From Candidatus Magasanikiibacteriota bacterium (lineage in GTDB: Bacteria; Patescibacteriota; Patescibacteriia; Magasanikbacterales; UBA922), in contig JBAYVA010000003.1 of assembly GCA_041674805.1 (NCBI GenBank), positions 91,029 to 155,028 on the forward strand: a stretch of 64,000 nt of DNA, in the 5' to 3' direction. A model generated the notes under the pieces. The model ran no database searches, had not been told where the DNA came from, and worked only from the letters and a program-made list of their open reading frames with translations. Of this stretch, positions 10,033 through 18,606 are shown piece by piece. Made by a program: the position numbers and the translations under genes. Position 1 is the stretch's first letter. Each line of letters opens with the position of its first letter.

Positions 10033-11667
10033 TCATTCCCCTTTTTCCTCTACCTTCACACCTGGTATCCAAAAACCAAACTCACTTCCTTTCCCTAGTC
10101 CCTCACTATGTGCCCAAACATGACCACCATGTTTTTCGATGAATCTCTTACAAACATAAATTCCAAGTCCAGTACCATTTACATTGGTTCCTTGTACATT
10201 TTTACCACGATAAAATTTTTGGAAAAAATTAACTTCATCTTCTTTGTTGAAACCAAAACCTTGATCTTTTATCTTCAAAACATAACCATTATCTTCTTTT
10301 TCAAGAGAAATTTTTATAGTTCCTTTGTCACTATATTTGATAGCATTATCCAAAAAGTTGAAAACTACATGACGAATCTTTTCTTCATCCATAACAATTT
10401 TATCAATATTTTTTTCAGATTTCCAAGATATTTTTAATTTTTTTTCTGCAAACTCAGGTTTCATAGATAGTTCTTTGACAACACTACTAATAGTCTCATT
10501 GAGACTATTTTCAGCAAATACAAATTTAGTACGACCTTGTTCAATACGTGTAATATCCAAGAATTCCTCTACCAAAGTCATAAGCCTATCATTACTCTCA
10601 TCCATATTTCCCAAAGTTTCTTTCAAACCTTTGCTAACTTTACCATAAGCTCCATCGCCAATAAGCTCAATATAACCACGAATAATCGTGAGAGGAGTAC
10701 GAAGTTGATGAGAAGCAATAGACAAAAACTCTGTTTTTTGTTGATCAAGTTCTTGAAGACGAAGATTGGCTTTTTCAAGATTGTGAGCAAGAATAGCTAA
10801 TTCTTCTTTTTGTTGGACTTCTTTTTTGACTGATTTTATTAAAAAAATACCAAAAATAACCACTAAAATAAATAATACTATATTTATAAATAATTCAAAT
10901 ATATTATTATAAAAAAATATAGGAAATATAAAAGACATTGTCAAAAATACTACAAATATTTGTGTAGCAAATACTTTTAATTCAAATAACTTATGTTTTA
11001 CAATAGCAAAAAAAGTAAACAAAACTAAGAAAAAAGAACTTACAGAACCTAACCTTTGTATTGAAAAATTATCATAAATAAAAGGTAAAATTATATTTGT
11101 AAGAGAACCAGTAAACAAAGATAAAAGCAACCCTGTTGAAAAATAAACCAACTGCATTCTTTTTTCATTATTATATTTTAATATTTTCAAAATTAAAATT
11201 ACCAAAGATAAAATAGAAAAAAATAAAAAATGTAAAAAAAATAAAAAATAATAATCACCAAATACAGTGCTTCTACCACTATTTTCAATAGAAAATACTT
11301 CATTAATAACGATATGATTTGAAAATAAAGTTAAACAAATTAAAAATATTAATTCTAAAAAAAATAATATAAAAAATGTTTTTTTTATCTTAAATTGTAT
11401 TTTCGGAAAATAATAAACAAATAAAAAAACAAAAAAAATTAATAATTCCGTAAAAACAAAATTAAATTTACCTATATTTAATAAATAATCTACAAAATGA
11501 TCATTATAATAAAAATACAAAGTAATCAACCAACCGGAGATAGACAAAGACATCAAAAAAAACGTTGTATTTATCTTATCTTTTAAGTTTTTATACAAAA
11601 CAAAAAAACCTAGAGACAAGGTGAATATAATATTTAACGCATAAACTACTAAATAAAAATAGTCCAT
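10033..11667 (-). CDS. Sensor histidine kinase with a large N-terminal multi-TM domain
   Basis: About 270 aa of hydrophobic helices, then a HisKA H-box (SIASHQLRTPLT) and an HATPase_c G-boxes (DQGFGF, GTGLGIY). Confidence 0.85.
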   Translation of the reverse strand: MDYFYLVVYALNIIFTLSLGFFVLYKNLKDKINTTFFLMSLSISGWLITLYFYYNDHFVDYLLNIGKFNFVFTELLIFFVFLFVYYFPKIQFKIKKTFFILFFLELIFLICLTLFSNHIVINEVFSIENSGRSTVFGDYYFLFFLHFLFFSILSLVILILKILKYNNEKRMQLVYFSTGLLLSLFTGSLTNIILPFIYDNFSIQRLGSVSSFFLVLFTFFAIVKHKLFELKVFATQIFVVFLTMSFIFPIFFYNNIFELFINIVLFILVVIFGIFLIKSVKKEVQQKEELAILAHNLEKANLRLQELDQQKTEFLSIASHQLRTPLTIIRGYIELIGDGAYGKVSKGLKETLGNMDESNDRLMTLVEEFLDITRIEQGRTKFVFAENSLNETISSVVKELSMKPEFAEKKLKISWKSEKNIDKIVMDEEKIRHVVFNFLDNAIKYSDKGTIKISLEKEDNGYVLKIKDQGFGFNKEDEVNFFQKFYRGKNVQGTNVNGTGLGIYVCKRFIEKHGGHVWAHSEGLGKGSEFGFWIPGVKVEEKGE

Positions 11668-11679
11668 GTTAATTATAAA

Positions 11680-12402
11680 TTATTTTATAAAAATATTTTT
11701 TGCTAATTTAATATATGGCAATAAAACCAAAGCACATCCTGTTTGTTTTTCTTTTACTTTTGTTTCAGAAAATGCAATAAAAGTTTCTTTATACTCAACA
11801 TTTTGATTTTCAGAAATTTTTTCTATACTCTTTATAACAGACTCAATATACTCTTGTTTATTTTTTAGTAACATTTCTCCAACATTTTCCATCAAAAGAC
11901 AAGCATTATTTTTTCTATCTTTAGGTATTGATATAGAAAAAACAGAAAATATTTTGCCTGGTTTATCTAAATAAAAATATTTAGCAGCACAAGGAACATG
12001 AGAACCTGGTTTAATAGGATATTTTTTTTTATTAACAGTACCTAAAATTTTTTTACTAGCGTTCAAAAAATCTTTACCATCATATAAACTCATTTTACCA
12101 AAGTTACCAATTTTTGTATATCCTTTTTTAGGTTTTAAAAAATCATAACCAGCAATTTTTCCATTAGGTCCACAAAATGAAGATACTGTTATCATATTAA
12201 ATTGTCCTAAATTTATACCATCAACTTCAGCTTTATCAAATGCAACAATATGATCTAAACCACGTACACCTGTTTCATTATTAACAGACACCGTTGATAA
12301 ATGTGTTAATAAAGTATAATAACCTCCGTTAGGCTCATCTAAATAACCCGTACAATAATCATTATAACTAGACGCATACAAATCTTTAGAAAAATCAAAC
12401 AT
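11680..12402 (-). CDS. Pyruvoyl-dependent histidine decarboxylase family protein (HdcA-like proenzyme)
   Basis: GQFNMITVSSFCGPNGKIAGYDFL aligns to the HdcA self-cleavage region GQINMTTASSFTGVQGRVIGYDIL, including the Ser-Ser pair (S74-S75). Further matches: YPIKPGSHVPCAAKY vs YPAPGSFIVCANKG, and FSVFSISIPKD vs WSAIAISFAKD. Confidence 0.6.
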   Translation of the reverse strand: MFDFSKDLYASSYNDYCTGYLDEPNGGYYTLLTHLSTVSVNNETGVRGLDHIVAFDKAEVDGINLGQFNMITVSSFCGPNGKIAGYDFLKPKKGYTKIGNFGKMSLYDGKDFLNASKKILGTVNKKKYPIKPGSHVPCAAKYFYLDKPGKIFSVFSISIPKDRKNNACLLMENVGEMLLKNKQEYIESVIKSIEKISENQNVEYKETFIAFSETKVKEKQTGCALVLLPYIKLAKNIFIK

Positions 12403-12413
12403 AAAAATAATTA

Positions 12414-13112
12414 TTATTTTTGAGAAAGTTCTTTTACTTTTTCAAAAAATTTATCTATACTTGAAACAAAATATAATAAATTTGATGTATTATCTTGTTC
12501 TTTTGAACCAAAATTATAAACCTCAGTAAAACCAAATAATTGAGAAATTTTATATAAATTACTATCTTTACTTGTCCAAAAACAAAAATGATTAACACCA
12601 GAAAGTTTAGCTTTTTTGAACAAAGGGACAACTAAGTTAATCAATTTTTCTAATCCTCCTCTATTATCGGCTCTCATACCAAACTCACGAACAGCTAATA
12701 CAGAATCCACATCAGGAAAAAATCTTAAAGCACTTTCAACAACATCCTTTTTAATATCATCGTCTTTAAAATTTTTAGGTAAATCTGTAATATTACCTAT
12801 ATTATCAACAAAATAAGCATGAGCAAAACCCACAACTTCTTCTTGTTCATTCAAAAACAAATTTAAATATTCATCAGAACCTTGACTGTCTATTTTCATT
12901 AACATATTCAAAACTTTTTCTTCATCCCAAACTTCATCCCACTGTGATTTATCTTCACCAAATTCTTTACTTTTATTAGCATCAAAAACAGAAATATAAC
13001 AATTTATATAACTTTTTAATAAACTATCATTTTTAAGCAATTCTGACAAAGAAACTAATTTTAAATTACCTGTTTTTTTTGGTTCTTTATCCCTTGAGAG
13101 ACCTTCTACCAT
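12414..13112 (-). CDS. Hypothetical protein, possible GNAT-fold acetyltransferase
   Basis: C-terminal segment LAVREFGMRADNRGGLEKLINLV...NHFCFWTSKDSNLYKISQLFGFTEV resembles GNAT motif A/B (R-x-x-G-x-G ... N ... GF). Weak. Confidence 0.3.
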   Translation of the reverse strand: MVEGLSRDKEPKKTGNLKLVSLSELLKNDSLLKSYINCYISVFDANKSKEFGEDKSQWDEVWDEEKVLNMLMKIDSQGSDEYLNLFLNEQEEVVGFAHAYFVDNIGNITDLPKNFKDDDIKKDVVESALRFFPDVDSVLAVREFGMRADNRGGLEKLINLVVPLFKKAKLSGVNHFCFWTSKDSNLYKISQLFGFTEVYNFGSKEQDNTSNLLYFVSSIDKFFEKVKELSQK

Positions 13113-13130
13113 ATTTTTATAAATATTAAA

Positions 13131-14192
13131 TTAATTATTCCCTCCATCCAAAATTTTTAATAAACCTTTATTAATCTTTCTAATAGTCAATGGTCCCCCA
13201 TAAATAAAACCTGTAATCATTTGCAAAGCATCAGCTCCAGCTTGTAACTTTTGATAAGCATCCTCAGCTGTAAAAATACCCCCAACACCAATGATTTTTA
13301 GTTTATCGTGAGCTCGCTCACGAATATGACTAATTATTTTGTTACTTCTATCTTGCAGATGTTTACCAGAAATTCCACCAGGATGATTCAACTGTTCAGC
13401 AGATGATTTAAATTTTTTGACCCAAGATCTATTTTTTATCAGATTAGTTGCCACAATGCCAGTAATCTCATATTTCAAACACAAATCTATCACTTTGTCC
13501 AAATCTTCATAACTCATGTCTGGTCCAATCTTGATGAAAATATCTTTATTAATTTTTCGTTCTTTAACAATATTCATAATTTTCAGCAAAAGTTCTTCTA
13601 TAAAAGAAACTTGAGCAAAGACATCACACTTAGCAACATTTGGACAACTTACATTCAAAGTAATATAATCAGCCAGCTCATACAAATCCAAAAATGAACG
13701 AACATAATCATCTGCCATTTCTTTTCCTTCCAAACCAGTAGTTACCGCAATACTAATACCATAAGGTATATCGCGTTTTTGTAATTTTTCTTTTATTCTT
13801 TTGGCAGCTTCTACACTTCCACAATTAGACAAACCGTAGTAAACAATAAGACCATTATCTTTTGGCAAACGCCATAATCTTGGCTTAGGATTACCAGGTT
13901 GAGCTGAATTAGTGATAGAACCAAGCTCCACAAAACCAAAACCAAGCATAGGATAGGCCAACGGTGCTGTAATATTTTTATCAAAACCGGCTGACAATCC
14001 AACTGGATTTTTCAATTCTAAATTGCCAATTTTTACATGAAGACGTGGATCATCTACAAATAAAAATTTTTTTATTATATTATAAAATGGTGAAAATGAA
14101 CTTACTACTTTCAACATATGTATCACTAAATGATGTATTTTTTCTGGATCAGTTTTGAATAATATTGGTCTGATGATTTTTTTATACAACAT
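13131..14192 (-). CDS. pyrD: Dihydroorotate dehydrogenase (quinone-dependent, class 2-like)
   Basis: MLYKKIIRPILFKTDPEKIHHL N-terminus, NPVGLSAGFDKN, GFGFVELGSIT and the CPN motif. Confidence 0.85.
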   Translation of the reverse strand: MLYKKIIRPILFKTDPEKIHHLVIHMLKVVSSFSPFYNIIKKFLFVDDPRLHVKIGNLELKNPVGLSAGFDKNITAPLAYPMLGFGFVELGSITNSAQPGNPKPRLWRLPKDNGLIVYYGLSNCGSVEAAKRIKEKLQKRDIPYGISIAVTTGLEGKEMADDYVRSFLDLYELADYITLNVSCPNVAKCDVFAQVSFIEELLLKIMNIVKERKINKDIFIKIGPDMSYEDLDKVIDLCLKYEITGIVATNLIKNRSWVKKFKSSAEQLNHPGGISGKHLQDRSNKIISHIRERAHDKLKIIGVGGIFTAEDAYQKLQAGADALQMITGFIYGGPLTIRKINKGLLKILDGGNN

Positions 14193-14284
14193 ATATTATT
14201 AATTCAATGTTTAGTTTTTAATTCTAGTTCTAGAATAGCACGAATATAAAACGAATACCACAAATAAATATTCCCGAAGTTCAC

Positions 14285-14318
14285 ATCCGTATCATCCGGA
14301 TTATCCGTAAATCCGTAT
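14285..14318 (+). repeat. Copy A of the 34-bp ATCCG(T/G)A periodic element
   Basis: Sequence atccgtatc atccggatt atccgtaaa tccgtat: four 9-bp-phased units. Intergenic between the argS stop and the pyrD start. Confidence 0.7.
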
Positions 14319-14322
14319 TGTT

Positions 14323-16026
14323 TTACATTTCTGATACCACATCTATTGTAAGCAATCGAAGAGCCTTTGTCAAAACTTCTGAAACTTTGATACTCAAATA
14401 TAATCTGGATTTTATTAATTCTTCACTTTCAGCATTTAATACACTATGTTTGTTATAAAAATCATTATACATTTTGGCTAAGTCAAAACAATACTTGGCA
14501 ATAACAGATGAATTATAATTTTCTAATGATTTTGTAATAATTTCTGGAAAATCAGATACTTTCATTACTAAATTTTTTACTTCATCTTCTGTAAACAACG
14601 TGAAATCAGTATCATCATTTAATTTACCAGTAAATTTTTTTTGCAAACTATTGATACGAGCAACAGTATAGAGAATATATGGCGCACTAAAACCATCAAA
14701 ACTCACCGCTTCATCAAAATCAAAAGTTACCACTTTGTCAGCTTCGTGCTTTTGCATAGTGAACTTGAGAACTGCCATCGTCAAAACATGAACCGTCTCT
14801 TTTACTTTTTCTTCGCTCCAGTCTTCATGACGAGCTTTTGTTTCTTTTTGTAAATGTTCCAAAACTCTATCACGCAAATCTTCGTAAAGTATCACTCCAC
14901 CGTTACGAGAAGACATTTTCCCCCCATTTGGAGTATTAATTAAGCCATAACCAATATGCGTCATTTTTTTGTCAAAACCATTTAGTTCCAAAACTTTGTA
15001 AAGCTGTTTGAAATAAAAATCTTGTTCACTACCAGTAATATTGATACTTTCTTCTACATCGTAGCGTTTAAACTTCTCCTCTGATAAAGCTAAATCACTA
15101 GTCATATAAACACCGGCTCCAGTACTTTTGCGAAGCAAAGCAATATCCAAATTGTATTTATTTAAATCAGCAATAATAGCACCGCCTTCCCCTACTTCAG
15201 CAATTTTCTTGTCTAATAATTCATCAACCAATTTTTGTCCTGCAGTTTTCACTTCACTTTCGTAAATAATAGAATCATGTTCTACTTTCATTTCTTGCAT
15301 CAAATCAACAAAACCATCAGTACTCCATTTTCTGGTTTCCAAAAATAATTTAGTAATTTCGGCTTCTCCACTTTCCAATTTTTGTTGCATATCATCTAAC
15401 TCAGCCTTATACTCTTCATCATGTTCTTTCAAATAATTACTAGCTTTGACATAAATCTCACCAAGCATCTTTTGTTTATTTTGAGCATTATTAATCTCCG
15501 AACTCTGAACTCCGAACTCTGAACTATGTAAAATTCCCCACAAACATTTCACCACATGACGACCAAAGTCGTTGACGTAATTCATCGGGATAATATCATA
15601 ACCACTCGCACGATAAACTTGCACAATAGTATTGCCAATACAAACATTGCGAAAATGTCCAATATGAAATTCTTTGTGAGTATTTTGAGAAGGATATTCA
15701 ATCAAAACTTTTTTACCTTGACCAATATTATTGTTACCAAAATTTTCATTCACTTCTTCCAAAATTAATTTACTAACTTCAGCAGTATCTAAAAATAAAT
15801 TAACATAAGGACCAAAAGCTTTTATTTCTTTTATAATTGAGTCTGTTGGCACAGAAAAGTTTTCTACAAAATTCTTGGCAAATTCAGCTGGATTTTGTTT
15901 TTCTTTTTTGGCTAAGTCAAAACAAGGTAGAGCAATATCACCCATTTCAGCTTTTGGTGGAGTTGAAAATATAAGATTTTCTAATCCCAAAATTTCTTGG
16001 ATTTTTGTTTGTAAAATTTTATTCAT
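14323..16026 (-). CDS. argS: Arginine--tRNA ligase
   Basis: HIGH motif (HIGHFRNVCIGN), KMSSRNGG (KMSKS-like) and a DALR-type C-terminal domain. Confidence 0.9.
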   Translation of the reverse strand: MNKILQTKIQEILGLENLIFSTPPKAEMGDIALPCFDLAKKEKQNPAEFAKNFVENFSVPTDSIIKEIKAFGPYVNLFLDTAEVSKLILEEVNENFGNNNIGQGKKVLIEYPSQNTHKEFHIGHFRNVCIGNTIVQVYRASGYDIIPMNYVNDFGRHVVKCLWGILHSSEFGVQSSEINNAQNKQKMLGEIYVKASNYLKEHDEEYKAELDDMQQKLESGEAEITKLFLETRKWSTDGFVDLMQEMKVEHDSIIYESEVKTAGQKLVDELLDKKIAEVGEGGAIIADLNKYNLDIALLRKSTGAGVYMTSDLALSEEKFKRYDVEESINITGSEQDFYFKQLYKVLELNGFDKKMTHIGYGLINTPNGGKMSSRNGGVILYEDLRDRVLEHLQKETKARHEDWSEEKVKETVHVLTMAVLKFTMQKHEADKVVTFDFDEAVSFDGFSAPYILYTVARINSLQKKFTGKLNDDTDFTLFTEDEVKNLVMKVSDFPEIITKSLENYNSSVIAKYCFDLAKMYNDFYNKHSVLNAESEELIKSRLYLSIKVSEVLTKALRLLTIDVVSEM

Positions 16027-16031
16027 AAAAT

Positions 16032-17378
16032 TTATTTCACCTTAACAAAAAACCTTTTACCTTTTTGAATCACATCTTCTGGCTTGGTATCATAATCAAA
16101 AGCTTCAATTTTTTCATCATTCACTTTGACTCCACCTTGCTCTATAGCACGACGAGCATCACTCTTACCAGTACTAAGTCCTGATTCTACCAACACTTCA
16201 ATAATATTGTAACTAACCGGTTTTAGTTCTGGGATTTCATCTGGTCTATCTTTACTTTGGATTACTTTTTCAAAATGGGATTGACCAAGCTTGGCAGATT
16301 CTTCTCCAAGAAAAGTCTTAGTAATTTCATAGGCAAGTTTGAACTTAGCATCACGAGGATTAGCACCAGCTTCTAAATCTTTTTTAATTTGTTCAACTTC
16401 TGACATTGGAATACGTGTACAAATTTCAAAACCACTGACAATCATACCATCAGTCCAGTTCATAATTTTGCCAAACATATCTTCTGGAGTGTCTGCAAAA
16501 GCAATCATATTACCTTCACTCTTACCCATTTTTTTACCACTATTGTCTGTCAGAAGTTTACCAGCAAGCACAAATTTTTCTTTGTTTTTTAAAGTTTTCA
16601 TCAAGTCACGTCCAGCCAACATGTTGAAAGTCTGATCATTACCACCAATTTCTCCATCAACATCCATAGCAACTGAATCATAACCTTGCATTACAGGATA
16701 CAAAAATTCATGTAAGTAAATTGGCTGTGAATCAAAGACCAAATCCTCTTTATCCAATCCCGTTGTTTTTTTACAATGTGGACAATTGGTTTTATTACCT
16801 TTCAATGTGACTGTCTCAAAACTTTCTTTACTAAATTGTATAGGAGATATAAATTTGTTTTCACAATGTCTACACACAACCATAGTGGACATTCTCTTTT
16901 CAAACATATCTCGCTCTAGCATTCTTTGCACAGTAAAGTGTGAAGTCAAATCAAGCACATCAGCAAAATTCATTTTGAGAAACCATTCACTATTGTAACG
17001 AACTTCCACAGGATTTTCTCCACCAAAATCTAATACACTACTAACTTGTTGTTGATACATTTTGCAATTTTCCAAAACTTGTTCACGAGTCAATTTTGTT
17101 CTAGCCGCACCTTTGTCTGTTGGATCACCAATCATCGCAGTAAAATCACCAATCAGCATAATAACTCTGTGTCCAAGTTGTTGAAATTCACGAAGTTTAA
17201 GCATAGTAATACCATGACCAATATGAAGAGTAGGTGCTGTTGGATCATAGCCACTATAAATTGTCAATCTTTCACCTGATTTTAATTTACTTTCCAAAAA
17301 ATCACGCTTTGGGTAAATATTTTCTACACCACGTGATAACAGATTTTGGATTTTTTCTTCATCAATAATTACATTCAT
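16032..17378 (-). CDS. tyrS: Tyrosine--tRNA ligase with a CxxC...CxxC insertion and a C-terminal S4 domain
   Basis: PTAPTLHIGHGI (HIGH), KMGKS, and C-terminal S4 (GLSTGKSDARRAIEQGGVKVN). The extra segment is VVCRHCENKF...NCPHCKK. Confidence 0.9.
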   Translation of the reverse strand: MNVIIDEEKIQNLLSRGVENIYPKRDFLESKLKSGERLTIYSGYDPTAPTLHIGHGITMLKLREFQQLGHRVIMLIGDFTAMIGDPTDKGAARTKLTREQVLENCKMYQQQVSSVLDFGGENPVEVRYNSEWFLKMNFADVLDLTSHFTVQRMLERDMFEKRMSTMVVCRHCENKFISPIQFSKESFETVTLKGNKTNCPHCKKTTGLDKEDLVFDSQPIYLHEFLYPVMQGYDSVAMDVDGEIGGNDQTFNMLAGRDLMKTLKNKEKFVLAGKLLTDNSGKKMGKSEGNMIAFADTPEDMFGKIMNWTDGMIVSGFEICTRIPMSEVEQIKKDLEAGANPRDAKFKLAYEITKTFLGEESAKLGQSHFEKVIQSKDRPDEIPELKPVSYNIIEVLVESGLSTGKSDARRAIEQGGVKVNDEKIEAFDYDTKPEDVIQKGKRFFVKVK

Positions 17379-17490
17379 ATATTTATTTTAAAACAAATTA
17401 AGATACTAATAATCAAATCACTTATAACTAACATTATAAAGAAAGGTACTAATTTATGCAAATAATCGTTAATTTTTCTTTCATACATTT

Positions 17491-18603
17491 TTAGGCTGCC
17501 AAAGGTAAATACAATGAAATTACAGTACCATGTCCTTTTTCTTTTACCTTCCTAGCAAAATGATTTTCACCATCTTTATTAAACATTTTTTCTACTTCGT
17601 CATGACTATGAAGAGTTATAGACTTACCAGGAATACCAATACCATTACTATAATATTCAAAGTTGTCTTGACCAACTCTCTTTGAAAGAATTACAATCTC
17701 TACTCCCATTTGTGCTAAACGTATATGTAAATCAGCCAAACCAAGACCACTACTTCCAGTACTTGAACTACCTTTTTTGAAAATACAATCTGCATCCTTT
17801 GGATCCAAATGTCTAAACTCCATTCCTTTTCCTGTATCACTAACTCTAATTACTAAGTCATTATCCTCTACAAAAATATCAACATCAATCTCAGTATTTT
17901 CTCCTGCTACTTCAATATTTTTTTTCAAAGAATTACGTAGTTCATTCAAGATAGTATTTCCTACAACAGCTATATCTCCTTTTATTTGTTTACCTTCTAA
18001 TTGTCTATATAAAACATCCCAATCAACATCTATTTGTAATCTTCTTTTTTCAATGCCCTCATAAGAATTACTACCAGAATTTTTTTGTTTTAATTTTACA
18101 ATTTCTTTTTCTACAAAAAAGTCCAAAACATTTTTTATTACCTCCAAATCAAAGTTATATTTCATTTCATATTCCTGCCCAGACATAAACAACTGCCTAA
18201 GTAATGCGTCCTTTAAAGCCACATAAAATCTAAACCAATCACTACGATATTCACTCAACAATTCTAAATCCTCGCTAACTGCTGAATAATCACCTTTTGC
18301 TAGATCACTTTTTAATAAAGCTAAAAAACCCACAAAACCAGTGCCAATATTATTCAAATCATGCAAACGATGCTTATCCAAATCTTGATTTTTTCTAATT
18401 AAGTCAATCGCACGGAAAATACTATCTATATGTCTAGATAAAGTAAATAGTTCCTCTATTGAAAAAGTAATCTCTTTTTTCAATACAAATTCATTAATAA
18501 CATCCAAAGATTCTATATATTTTTGTGCTAATAAATCTGATTCTTTTTTTTCTTTTTTTTCAACACCTATTGACGTTCCTCTTTTTAATTCTGAAAAAAC
18601 CAT
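17491..18603 (-). CDS. Soluble (no obvious TM) histidine-kinase-like protein
   Basis: H-box-like HRLHDLNN and HATPase_c motifs (DTGKGME, GSSGLGLADLH). Confidence 0.6.
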   Translation of the reverse strand: MVFSELKRGTSIGVEKKEKKESDLLAQKYIESLDVINEFVLKKEITFSIEELFTLSRHIDSIFRAIDLIRKNQDLDKHRLHDLNNIGTGFVGFLALLKSDLAKGDYSAVSEDLELLSEYRSDWFRFYVALKDALLRQLFMSGQEYEMKYNFDLEVIKNVLDFFVEKEIVKLKQKNSGSNSYEGIEKRRLQIDVDWDVLYRQLEGKQIKGDIAVVGNTILNELRNSLKKNIEVAGENTEIDVDIFVEDNDLVIRVSDTGKGMEFRHLDPKDADCIFKKGSSSTGSSGLGLADLHIRLAQMGVEIVILSKRVGQDNFEYYSNGIGIPGKSITLHSHDEVEKMFNKDGENHFARKVKEKGHGTVISLYLPLAA

Positions 18604-18606
18604 ACC

